A DNA stretch of 63,941 nt, counting the filler, from Bonamia ostreae (taxonomy: Eukaryota), in assembly GCA_040357525.1 (NCBI GenBank). It is 6 parts of 6 records of this genome, joined end to end, with 100 filler letters (N's around TTAATTAATTAA, not from the genome) between each part and the next. Parts side by side here need not be neighbours in the genome. Positions count along the whole stretch, not along the records: positions 33,874 to 44,777 come from JBDODL010000026.1; positions 44,878 to 55,466 come from JBDODL010000027.1; 4 more parts are not named here. One strand, written 5' to 3'. A model generated the notes under the pieces. It did not search any database, was not told the origin of the DNA, and saw nothing but the letters and a program-made list of their open reading frames with translations. How positions within the stretch are numbered: the first letter of the stretch is position 1; the number at the start of each line of letters is the position of its first letter. Made by a program: the position numbers and the translations under genes. Shown piece by piece: positions 38,229 to 50,245 of this stretch.

Positions 38229-38757
38229 TTAGAAATCCAACATTTTCTGCACCAACTTTCTGTAGTCGATGTTGCCGAGTCTTTTGCGATGTCATTTCAA
38301 AACTTGTCTTCTTCGGCGAAATTCAAAAACTCGCTCGCTTCCTGTTCGCTGAGCTTGTCGCCTATCGTGGTCAGAAGACGCATCAATTCCACTTTGGAGA
38401 CCTTCCCGTCGTTGTTTCTATCGAAGATCTAACTTTTGAGAAAAAACTCTAAAACAATCCAATATTTCTTCCTTCGTTTGCGGTTTCTTGTTGTAGCGCT
38501 TAATCAAATCGGAGAACAGCTTGAAATCGACTTTCCTTTGAGTTTATTTATTAACCCTTTGTGTTTGCTGTCGATCTCATCTTTAATGTTTCTGACGTCT
38601 GTCTCGGTCAAGCTCTGGCCAATGCTTCGCATAGCGTTGCCCACGTCAGACGAATCTACGAAGCCGTTTCCGTCTGCGTCAAACAGCGAAAACACTTCTC
38701 TCACCTGAGGTTTAATTAAACAACATGGTTTTCTTGTTCATTCGAGCAATCTGTCAT
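38229..38757 (-). CDS. Calmodulin/myosin light chain-like EF-hand protein
   Basis: REVFSLFDADGNG, IFDRNNDGKV..ELMRLLTTIGDKLS, GNIDYRKLVQKML; four small introns. Confidence 0.88.
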
Positions 38758-39113
38758 GTTGTTTTATATCGGATTTGTTAAGCTTAGTTTGCCGAATCTT
38801 GTGAAAATCGCAAAATCTTTGCTGGTTTTATTTGCTGGACTTGAAAATGTTTTCCGTCTATGTTCAAATATTTTTACCGTTTTTGAAATTTGATTAAGCG
38901 GTCCTGTTTTTTATTGAAAAAATGCTTTCCGTCTATGTTCAAATATTTTTACCGTTTTTGAAATTTGACTAATAATCTCTAGATATTTAGAGGGATATTA
39001 AATAGTTTTTAAATATGATCAAATGGTCTAAACTTGAGGGTTCCACTACATCTTTAATCAATAAAGATTTAATCAAATATCTCCATTTACATACAATTTC
39101 ATCCTTTGCGAAT

Positions 39114-42100
39114 ATGACGACGCTTCTTTTCGAAGATACGCCGTCTTAGCATTTTAACGTTTCCGATAAGATTTACCGGAAGTCAAAGCCAAACTGTTTA
39201 TAGCGCGCAACTAATAAGACATCAAATGCGACCGAAGCTCTGCGTGTCTAGATGGCGCAACAGACTGAAATGGCAGCAGGCGGGCGATCTGTCAACGTTG
39301 GCGAAAAAACGATATTGGGAAGACAACAAAGACTTGTGCAAGCTGACACTGTTTCGTTCTAAACCCGCAGACAAAACGAGGAGTACTTTGGCCGAACGAA
39401 CGCACCCAGAAAAGCCAACAGAATCTCCCGCGTCGCCGTCAACACGAGACGCGACCTGCTCAAACTGCGCAGGATCAACGAGAGTCTGGGCGAAGACTCC
39501 ATCGTCCATTTCAACGAGACGAGCCCCGTCAGAGCCAAAGCCCGCGCCAACAACTCACAGTTGGGCGACGACGCCGAGGACGACCCCGAAGACGCGGACG
39601 ACGACGGGAAAGACGACCAGGACGAACCGGCCGCGGGCGAAGCCGCGCTGATCGGAAAAGACTTCTACGCGCGCGTCGAGGAAATGGGCATCAACGCCAA
39701 AACGCACCGCGACCACGAAGCGCGCTACGAGGGGTTTCCGCGATAACGCCAAGGCTCAAGAGAGACTATCTGCGCTACCGGCGCAAGCGCGAGTACCAGC
39801 GACTGCTGGAACTCGGGATCGTCCACCGAAGGCCGCGGCGGGTGACCAGGCGGCAGCACGAGCGCTTCAAAGTTTTTTCCTCATTGCAGGAATTCCTGGC
39901 GACCGGCGAGTACCGCTACGGCAAGGCGCGCGGCCCCAGCTACCTCCCGGGCGAACACGGCGTTCTGGTGAGGAGGGACATCTACGAGCGAAAGGCCGGG
40001 GAGCTGGCGACGCTCCACTCGGCCGACTCTGCGGGCGAGCCGAGGTTGGCCAAGCAGCCCGAGAACTTTCTGAGCGTCGAGGACGCCCGCGCCATCCAGC
40101 GCGCCACGCCCCGCGAACTGGCCGAAGCCGTCCGCCGCAAGCGCTTCGCGACTTGGGAGGAGAAGCTCGAGTGGGCGCGGGGCGCGATGGACAGACTGAG
40201 TCGTTCCATCCAGTTCTACGAGGTTGGCTGAGTCTCGTTGAATTCCTGCATTAAAAATTTCAAGTCCGATTCTGGCATTAAAATTTTACCGGAAGGGGCT
40301 GGTCTCGAACATGGAGATGCAACGAGAGGTCGAGAGCGTTTCCGCGATCAGAGGAAAGCTCTTCGTGGAGCAGAAGAAGCTGCGGGAGTCGCCCTTGTTC
40401 AGGAGAGTGTTCGCGGGGCTCCGGGGGAGAGACGAGTGGAGGAGCAGACTTTCCGAGTCGGTTGTGGCCAGAGCGCGCGAGGGGATCGCGAAGCTGAGGG
40501 AAAAGCAGATTCTGTTAAAAAGGGAAGTGGAAGGAGACGACTTCGCGCACAGCGACCCCTTTATCGGCGCTCTCGCGACAAAGATGGCGCTAGATCGAGA
40601 GCGCGACATGAGCGACGAGACTGTGTTGGAGGAGAACCCCTTCCGCGGCCGGCTGGTTTTGAGGGCCAATGATCTGCAGCGCAACCAGATCCACCTGGCG
40701 AACCCGGATTTATTCGTTCGCTTCAAACCTCAAAACTGGCGCAAATTGGAAACGGATTATCTCGTTTTTATAACATTTTATCGGAAAATGCCATTTTTAA
40801 TAATATTTAAGTTTTCGATTTTTTAACAATTTTTTCGATTATTTTTAATAAAATTTTATTTTGACTATTTTCACAATAAATTGTTCTGATCATTTCAATT
40901 TGCGATTTTTTATTTCAATTTAACAACGTTTTTCACAATAAATTGTTCTGATCATTTCAATTTGACGATTTTTTATTTTAATGTAACAACATTTTTCACA
41001 ATAAATTGTTCTGATTGATTATTTAATTTGACGGTATTTTGTTTCTATTTTAAATAACAAAAAGTGGATAATCTTAATTAAAAAAGAAATTAGAGGAAAC
41101 AAGAGATCGCGCCGAAAGCGCCTCGTTTGTCGCCGGGGACGAAGGAGTGGGCGCCCACAAACAGCACTGGCACAACGACGCCAGACACGAGCCCGAAAAG
41201 TTCACCCTCCGTGAGCTGCAGCCCTGGGCCACTGCTATCCTCAACGGCCTGCAGCCCCAAAAGCGCCCGCCTTCCGCCAACGTCTACGTGCAAGCGATGC
41301 GCGAGCTGATGGCCGAGCAGCTGGGCGACTCCACCGCCGCGGTCCTCCTCGCCGAGCGCTTCCCCCACGGCCGCGTCGACATCGAGCCCACCGAGATGGA
41401 AACGCGCTATCTCTGGGACGAGCAGAACACCGACGTCAACTTCGGGCGGCTCGCGGTGAAGTGGTTCCTGGCCCAAAACCTGGGCCCCGCAGGTTCTATC
41501 GCGCAACTCCAGTCGGCCACGCGTACAACCCTTTCCGGCGCTTCATGGGCCCCGTCGACTTCGGCGACAGCTTCACCTGGGAAGAGCTGCTGGAGAAGAC
41601 AGAAGGAGCCGGCGAAAACTCTCTCAAGACCATCATCCTGCACAGACACCGCGTCTCGCACCGCAAGAAAGAAGGCGAGATCGACTCGGCCAAGAAGCTG
41701 TTCCTCACGGGGAACGCGAAGGGCGCGGTCGGCTTCTACTACGGCAAGGACGGCTCGGAGATGGGGGGCGAGCGGATGGACAGGCTCGCGCGGTTCAGCG
41801 TCGAGGGGGTGCCGCTCTACCGGCTCGGCTGCATCCACCACAACGTGAGCGCCAAGTTCCAGGGAACGGAGGTGCGCATCATCGCCACCCCGCCCGGGTA
41901 CGGGCTGGTCGCGTCGCCGTTCATCAGGACGATCCTGCACTTCGCGGGGGTGCGCAACGCCACGGCGATGGTTTTAACGCGAACTTTAGCGCATCGGCAA
42001 CAAGAACAGGGCGAGCACTTTCAAGGCGTGTGTCCTCGCGCTGAAAAAGGTTTCCTACTCAACTTGCAGCTGAGCAGCTTGGACGAAGTCGCCTCCACGC

Positions 42101-42330
42101 GCGGCAAGAAGGTGTACGAGGTGGTGGGCGAATACGACGGAAACAGCTACAAGCTCCCGGAAGGGTTCGAGGAGGCGACCCGCAGCTCGGTTAGAGAAAC
42201 GCTGTACGACTTCGCGAAGGCGTTCCACGATTCCGAATTCCAGGCGCTGACGATGTTGCAGATTGAGAAGGACAGAGGGCTGCGCAGTAGACAAAAATTG
42301 TTGCAAGCGGGATTACCTGATTTGGAATAA
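39114..42330 (+). CDS. MRPS5: Mitochondrial ribosomal protein uS5m with a long N-terminal extension (start uncertain)
   Basis: Spliced C-terminus TGNAKGAVGFYYGK, PPGYGLVAS..ILHFAGVRNATAM-RIGNKNRASTFKACVLALKK-LSSLDEVASTRGKKV; upstream GC-rich ORFs join in frame through GT-AG introns. Confidence 0.8.
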
Positions 42331-42680
42331 ACGTATTACTAAATTTTTTCTCTTATGTCGTTTCTGTGGTAATGAAGACGTTGATGTTATTAAACATCAA
42401 CGTTATTCAGTGCTTAGACATATTAATTGAAAATGACACAGGATAGTTGCAAAAATACTTTCTTTGTTTTGAAACAGGATAAGTTGCAAAAAAATTAATT
42501 ATTTTCTTTCTAATTGGAAACGGTTAGAATAGTAAAAATAGAGAAATTAAATACGAAACGAACTTGAAAAATCACATTAATATTGTAAACTTTGAAATAT
42601 TTATTTATATTTTATCATATTGAATATCATGTTTATCGATATATTCTAAATAAAAATTGTGTGAACAACCAATTCTAATA

Positions 42681-43660
42681 ATGACTTCTATTGGGATCCA
42701 TATTCGACTGGCAATAATGGCTTTGCTTTCGATCGTTGTCAGTCAGTTAATATGTTTTTAAATAATTAAAGATGAGCCTTGCGACGAGTGGTGCTATGAT
42801 CAGAATTTCAGCGACGATCCGAAAGACAAGATAAAAAGCTGTGACCAATGCCAGCACGTCAACACTGTTTGCACCGAATTTCCGGGAACAATAAATCCTA
42901 TCCACAAAGCAGATGGATGTTGGCAAGGAACCAGACTTTGTCCTCCCTGTGAAATAGGTTCCAGTTTGTCAAATTAAGCTTACTATGAGCGACTTGGTTT
43001 TAAAACTCAAAATGTGGAAAAAATTTACTCTGGTTTCGAAAACGGCTTTCAGTTTGCAGTTATTGATGTCGATATCGCATTATTGGCGGAGGAACAGAAA
43101 GTTAGCCCAAACAACTTTATCATGTTCTCGTCAAACTTTTCTAAATTAAGTGAATCGGACAGTCTGGTCGTGTTTTGAATTTATTTTTAGTACTTGCGCA
43201 GAGTTGACACAGAGCATGCCGGCGAAAAGATTTTTTGGTGGAGTTAACATAAACATTTCCGCAGACTGGTTCTTTCCCTTCATTAAAGCGATGTTGATTC
43301 GTTAAAGGTGTGTGTGGAAACCATTAGAGAATTGATTTCTGGTAGACGATTTATTTCGATCACTATCGATGGAAAGGATTTTGACGAAACCAAGTAAACA
43401 TTAATATATGTACATTAAGATTTGAAGCATTTGACATGTATGTAGATTTCATTATCTACCAGACAGAACCGGAAAATATTGCAGAATTTACTGAAAGTGT
43501 AAAAATTTACAAAGGAAAATCGCAACTAGTTGCAGAATTGTCATATTCTCCGAACATAGTTGGAAGTTTGATGATGTTGTTGTCAAACTCAAAGTATGGA
43601 GGAATTGTTGCTTCTTCTCTAGATGGAGAAAATATAAAACTCGTATCAATGTTTGGATAA
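42681..43660 (+). CDS. Secreted Cys-rich hypothetical protein (multi-exon)
   Basis: Signal-like IRLAIMALLSIVV; exon PCDEWCY...CDQCQH..C...GCWQGTRLCPPCE. Confidence 0.55.
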
Positions 43661-44055
43661 AATTACATGTTATGGCTTATCTGCAATTTTTAGTGTATAA
43701 TATTTGTTCATTATAAGCCCCTGTGAATATATATATATATATATTTATCGGTTCATTATCCGCACTAGATTATTTGCTCTTNNNNNNNNNNTTTTTTAGT
43801 TTATCGACGTTCTGGTTAAAGGTAGTGTTAGAGAAGGAACGCTCATATATGCTTTTACAGGGGCTGGCCCAGCGTATGTCATATAGCATGATAAAAGTGT
43901 AAATAAAATTGGAATGAGCTGTGCTGAATACAAGGCGCAAATAATACATACGTTTTGATTCTTTGTCTTGATATTAGACTTTTAAACAGCTTTGTGCATA
44001 CTGACTATGTAGATTAATTGACTCTATGAACAAAAATATTTGGAAAAAACAACTT

Positions 44056-44777
44056 TTACTTTTCAAAAATAGATACAAAACAATCTTCAAAAACGGGCCA
44101 CAAAAGAAAAACCGGCATCCAAATTTTGTGTGTTCTAATAGACCAGTGGGCCACACTTTTTCTATTTAACGTTTTCACTGAAACCGATTGCTTGGTGCAA
44201 CATGTAAGGCATTGTGGATAAAACATCTGCCCACTATTTTTTCTGCATCTCAAAAACAATTTCGTGAAAAAACTGGTTTTCTGTGCAACCAGTTTGTTCG
44301 GCGGAATGTGATCCGCAACATAAGCCGGTCTCCTTCTTAAAAACCTAGGTAAAAATGGTTTCCTCCCACAATGATGGCATCCATATTTTTCACCGAAAGT
44401 TTGAATTCGCTCTCTCAAAGCAGAGTCTGCAAATTTATTAAACGTTGCTTTCTCAAAATTTGACGCAAAAGGCCCTTTACTCCACAAATCAGACGGCGTT
44501 AATTTCCAAAATTTACCTCTTTGCAACATAAAGCATAACATTGAAGCAATTAAGAAAAAAACAGAATGTGCCATTATCGGAACACTTACATCCTCGTTAA
44601 AATTTTTAGGGATGTCGGTATTTTTTGGAAAATGTTTAAAATATTCATGAAAAGTCTTTTTATCGGCGTACATAAGAACAGACAAAAAATTAAGACTAGC
44701 GGCTGTTGAGCATATACCAAACATGACTGTACCAAGAAAAGAAAAATGATTCGAAAGTTTAAAAAAATTAAGAATGT
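44056..44777 (-). CDS. Membrane protein with HNH/toxin-like Zn-binding domain (5' possibly truncated)
   Basis: GCHHCG...ADHIPP...FYPQCLTCCTKQ with flanking hydrophobic helices. Confidence 0.65.
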
Positions 44778-44877
44778 NNNNNNNNNNNNNNNNNNNNNNN
44801 NNNNNNNNNNNNNNNNNNNNNTTAATTAATTAANNNNNNNNNNNNNNNNNNNNNNNNNNNNNNNNNNNNNNNNNNNN

Positions 44878-47058
44878 TAAAAACAAAAACTTGAATATGC
44901 CTTGTCTGTGTGTTTCCTCGCAACGCAGAATAAAAAGCACAAGAAAAATTTGTCTTAGGAATAAAAATGCCTCAAAGAGCAAAATAACAAACCAAATTGC
45001 AGTCTAAATCAAGTCATTTAATATCACAGAATAAAACTCCAAACGAGGCAGAACGCCATCAAACAAAAAGTCATCGTGATGGAATTCTTTTTCCTTAAAT
45101 TTATCATAATAAAACATCCTCGACAATCCGTACTTCGGCTTGCCCAGATCCAATCGATATTCCTGGACAAACTCCGGAAGTGCTCCGTGCACTGCAAACG
45201 GGGCGCTCCGATGAAAATCCGCTTTCTCGTTGCCCAAGTAGAACTGGGGGTTGTGGATCGGCTCGTTGCGCCGGTTGACGCGGAAATCGGGCATAACTTC
45301 TGCTTCGCGCTTCTCGGACATTTTCCAATCGTTATATTGATTTCCAAAGCTTTTGTTTTGCAAATGCGCGTCAACAGGGTGATCGTTTAGTTCGCCAGCA
45401 AATCTTTCGCGTTGCGTCTGCTCGCCCGTGAAAGGGTAAATCTGCTCTTGAAACTTGTAGATCTCGCCCAGTTCGTCCGTCGGCGGCGCCAGTTGCTCCG
45501 TTTGCACTTCCATTTCTGTCCCGATCATCTTTTTTTCAGCCACAGCATTTCTGTCTATTTCTTCGAACTTATCAAGCAGTTTGTCCAGGCTTACGACATT
45601 TCTCGGTTGGAGCTCCTTTTCGTCTTCGACTGGTTTCGGTGGCGCTTCGATGACTTCCGGAGGCTGCGCTTCACGTTTTGCAAAGTCTGCCAAATCTTCG
45701 ATTTGCGGCAAATCGTTGATCGCCAAAGGAGCGTCATTTTGATTGCCGTCTTCGTCCGAAGGCGCGATTTCCGGTTTCTCGAAACTGTCTAAGACGTCCT
45801 CCGCGTTCAGTTTCGGCTCGGACGAGATCGCATCCGGGTTCTTCTTGAACACGTGGCGAGCTTCTTTGGACGGGTCTTTCTTAAGCTGAACTCTGATCGA
45901 CACCAAACCGTTCTCGTCGGCGTTCAAATCGTGTTTGAGTTTGAGCAAAGTCTGTTTGTCGTCGTTCTCACGTGAAACGAACTTTTTTATATATAGGGAA
46001 ACCTCGAAGTCCGACGGAGGGTCGAATGTGAAGTCGTAGTCCTTGACGTTGTCTCCTGCGACCAAAAAGCTGTTGTCGCTTAGCATTGTCAGAGCAGGCA
46101 TTTTCGGGGTTGCACCAATATTCGGAGGCGCTGCTTTTGCGTCGACCAGTTCGTTCTGGTCAGACGCGAAGTGCAAGTTCAATGTGTATCGGTCTTCCGG
46201 GCCATTTTCCGGACTCGATGTAACAGTGAAACTCCGGATTTTGCTCTTGTCCGCGGAAAGCTGTTTTAGTTCGAATTGGCCGTTGAAGACCTGCGGGGTT
46301 TCCTTCCACGCGACGCCGCCGTGGCCGTCGCTGTCTTTGAACTCGACTTCGCAGCCCTTCCCGGCTTCCGACCGCAGCGAGATGAAGTTGGCCGCGGCGT
46401 CGTCTTCAGAAAGGCGCACGTCGTAGACTTTCCGCTCGGCCGAGAACTCTCGGATCAGCGAGTCCGGCCGCAGAGGGTCGAGTCTGTTTTTGTAGAGGTA
46501 CAACTCGAGCGACTGTATCGCCGGCTTTTTGGCGCCTAGCAAAAAGGCCTCGTCGGGAGGTCGGCCATTTTCTTCCAAGCTCGCCGCGAGGCCGTTTTCT
46601 TCTCCGGCGTTTTCGTCTGCTTCGTTTTGGGCGCTGTGTTCCAGTTTGACGGAGAGCGTGTGCCCGTTCTCCGTCTGCGCGCTGAAGTGCAGCGGCAATT
46701 CAAAGGGCGCTTGGCAGAAGCTGTAAGGCTCTGCATCCCACGAGATGACTTCGCTCTCAGAACCGTTGTTGACGGAATGGCTGACCGGAACCGGCTCGGA
46801 GAGCTTGGAAACGAACGTGACGAATTTCGCTTCTGAGGGCACTTCTGCCAGCTCTATTTCATACGAGGTATTGGAAGGTTCGAAATCGAGCGCGACGGGA
46901 AAATCGAGCGGGGTCTGTCTATCTGCTTCGAACAGAGTGACCGTGATGTCTTCGAAGGGCGATCTCTGCTCGTTTGGGCGTTTCAGTTCGTCCGGCAGCG
47001 AACCGAGTTTTTTTGGAGAGTGTTCAGCGATGTTTTCGCTTTCGGATAAAATTGTCAT
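44878..47058 (-). CDS. Large acidic protein with two cadherin-like beta-sandwich repeats and a hydrophobic C-terminal exon (3' truncated)
   Basis: FEPSNTSYEIEL and FSAERKVYDVRL...FTVTS..NGPEDRYTLNL resemble cadherin-like beta-sandwich consensus. Confidence 0.55.
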
Positions 47059-47245
47059 TTTCTTTTGTTTTTATTATTTATTAGTAATATCTCTCAAACC
47101 AGTTTTTTTAGATTTCAAATATAGTTGCGAATCTCCAATACTAATAAGCTCAAATGTATTGACTATATCAGAATGCGCAAGGAAATTATATTTAGAAAAC
47201 TAAATATTTAATTTAGTCAAATTATCCTTCGTTTCAGACTTTTTA

Positions 47246-48532
47246 ATGTCTTTTAAACGTAAAACCTTCAATTTGATAAGTGCACCTTTCTACAGTTCAA
47301 AACCGACCGCAATCCAATCTTCTGTGCCGAAACTGATTAGAGAAAGCGGAGCCATAAAATCTGTCGTAAAAGTTTACTTCTCCCATTTTGTTGACGATTT
47401 GCGGAAATGCTTTTAAAATAGCAATAACCGCATTTTGAAGCTTGGTTACTTACATTAAAAAATCGCATTCTAACTGACATTTAAAACAAGAACGGCTTCA
47501 AAGTAAGACATATTGAAGAAATACTTATGGACTGGTCGTCCGAAAACTCGTTCGATAACCACAAAGTTCTTTCGGACAGAATTCAGTCGGTCGTTTCCGC
47601 AGACTCCTTTACACTGATTTTGGGCGGAGACGAAAATGTTTCGCTTGGAACTATTCCGGGCATTCTCCGAAAAAAGGCAAATTCCAGTGTTATAAAGATC
47701 GTTTCTTTTCGAACAAATTTTTTGCAATTATTTTGTTTTCGAACAAATTTTGCATTTTTATGACCAAATTTATATATTTTGCTTTTCGAACAAATTTTTT
47801 TTTGACCAAATCGAAAAATTGACCAAAATTAATATTTTGTTCGAAAAATTGTTTAGTCAATAAAAATTGATCTCTTAAAACTATTTACAATTCATGTTTT
47901 GCGGGGAGGCGACGGTTCGTTTCGAAGACTTGCCGTTTTGGATTTTATCCAATAGAAGCTAAAATTTACGTCTTCTTTAAAGACAACGAAAATTAATACT
48001 CCAAAATTAGTGTCCCGAATCCTTTTTGGGGAAAACAGATAAGTTTGAAAACTCGATACTTCCGCTCCTGAAAAAGAAGGTGCCTCTAACGAACCAGCCA
48101 GAGCAACTAAACTGGCTGGCCAAAGTCCCCCCGCTAAAATATTGCGCCTACATCGGACTTTCAGAAACCAGTGATAAAGAAAAAAAGCTTTTAAAAAAGG
48201 CCCAAATCTCTTACTTCCATTGCCCGAACGAGTACGCGATCCACGCGTCAGTAATAAAGCTCTTCGAGTTTCTGAGAAGCAGCGAGAACTGGCACCTCTC
48301 GCTTGATTTCAACGTGCTCAAGGCAGATCTGGCCGTCGTCCGCAATCCGCAAAAAAGCGGACTTTCCTTATTAGGCGTTCAGTTTTTATGCAAAGTGCTG
48401 TACATGAGCGGGAACCTGACCTCGATGGAAATGCTCAACGTCGACTTGGGCCACGAGCCCGACGACGCGAGAAAGAGAGCGCTCAGGTTCGCGGGCGCGC
48501 TCGTCGACGCCGCCACCGGAGGACCCGTTTAA
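47246..48532 (+). CDS. Arginase/ureohydrolase-fold protein with degenerate metal ligands
   Basis: LISAPF, LILGGDENVSLGTIPG, INTP, YIGL, HLSLDFN, SGLS, SMEM; canonical GGDH, DAHAD and DxD motifs are altered. Confidence 0.75.
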
Positions 48533-48613
48533 ATAATTTTGCCGAAACTTTTTGATCTCGGTTGACCAAAATACAATTTTGAAAGTTTTTAAGCCCGTTT
48601 AATGTGCCGCAAT

Positions 48614-49343
48614 TTAGTCTTTCCGCAACTCGAACTCCACACGCTCCAACCCGTCGGCCGTCAGCACGCAGATCTCGCCCTTGTCGCCGGTGAAGATGTC
48701 TCTCTCGCTGAGCGCCAAAAACGTCTTCTTGACGAGCTCGATGCTCTCGGAGAGCGTCAGCTCCTTCTTGTTGGCCGGGTGCGTTTTGAACCCGACTTGG
48801 TTGTCGAGGAAGGAGTGCGCCATTATCCCGCCCGAGCCGCTCGTGGAATATTCCACTTTCTCCGCGCAGCCGACCGCGTCGTAGCCGTACAACGCGCCGT
48901 TCCCGTCTTCGTTCAGCGTGGCCGCCATGCTGAAGACGTAGTAGGGGAAGAACCGCCGGCTGTAGAGTTCGGTGGACAGCATCGAGGCCACGGCGGCTCC
49001 GCTGATCGGCTTGAAGTTCTCGAACTCGTACTGCTTGGCCTGCGTCCTGAGGACCTTCAGCAGCAGCGTCCTGTCGGAGTGCATTCCGCCGCCCCCGACC
49101 AAACAGCGGGCGTTTCTGGAGTGGCGAAAAAAACATTTTTTCGATTTTGGAGACGTTCCTCGAGAGAATGTTGTATCCGGAGCTTAGGCGCTTGTCCGCG
49201 GCCAAGACGCAGAACCCTTTTCCGGCCAAGCCGCAAAGCGTCCCGCCGTTGTCTTGATAAGGGGACCACTCTTGTTTGTGCACTAGACCTCCCGAGAATT
49301 CGTTCTCGCTGAAGTGCTTTTCTGCATGGCTATTTTTCAGCAT
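48614..49343 (-). CDS. PSMB1: Proteasome subunit beta type-1 (beta6/Pre7)
   Basis: WSPYQDNGGT, LYSRRFFPYY, YDAVG, LDNQVG, ERDIFTGD, ELRKD*; 19-nt intron 49116-49134. Confidence 0.97.
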
Positions 49344-50245
49344 TTTAGGTTTGTCTAAGTTTTCCAACTTTAAGATGGTTCGTCTGTTTATTTGCACATA
49401 TTAAAGATGGTTCGTCTGTTTATTTGGTTATTTCAAAAGATAGACTTGTCTTATTAAGTCATTTATTTTATTTAATTAGCGTTAAGATGGCCTATAGCTT
49501 TTTTATGTACGAACTAATTAGTTTTTGAGAAGCATTTTTAATACCGCCTTGAGATTTACTTTAAATGAACATGTTGGTCTTTATTGGGCCATTTTTCGCA
49601 TGCTGGTATTCTTAAAAACCAGTTTCTGTTGCATTCTTCTTTCCACTGCCAAAATCAAATTTCTAATTTTGTTGCTTTTCTATTCTTTTTGAACTTTTTA
49701 CATGTTGCTTATTCGGTAGAGCGGGGTTGTTGCGGGCATTGGCACACTCCTTTTTTATTTACAATGTTATGTTTTTGTATCGGTTATCCTTTCTTTGGGA
49801 TTTTGATTACAGTTCGTACATTTGAAGTTATTTTTTCAATGTGATCTTTTATAACAAAATCTGCATTTTAATTTTATAAAATTACTATTTTATAACGTGA
49901 TGATTTGGCTGCTTTGGTTAAACAACACGTGAGTACCGAGCAATAAAACAACTCTGAAATCATACCTGATAAAAATCTTGTGTTATATTCAAAACAAAGA
50001 GAATAAAGATATGTTACATAGACAGATATAATTTAAGCGAGAAAATGTTTCCAAAATATGATTTTATATCATAAGTACATAATTCTACAATGATATTTTA
50101 AAATAACAAATTCACCCTCCTTTTGAAGCAATTTTTATACTCATTTATATCAAAATCCAATTTCAACAAGTCGGGACAGGAAGGGAGTGCTTCGATTTAT
50201 TCCATAAAATTGGCCAAATGAACCAATGTTTGATTTAGTTTGGCC

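Noticed and set aside
41440-41500. Programmed frameshift between overlapping ORFs in uS5m
   Set aside because: A 29-nt GT-AG intron (41464-41492) explains the frame change
40238-49312. Long antisense and alternative-frame ORFs (e.g. 41407-41940, 48602-49312)
   Set aside because: Shadows of GC-rich coding sequence
49580-49965. Minus-strand signal-peptide-like start with Cys-containing frame
   Set aside because: Several in-frame stops and no consistent splicing model
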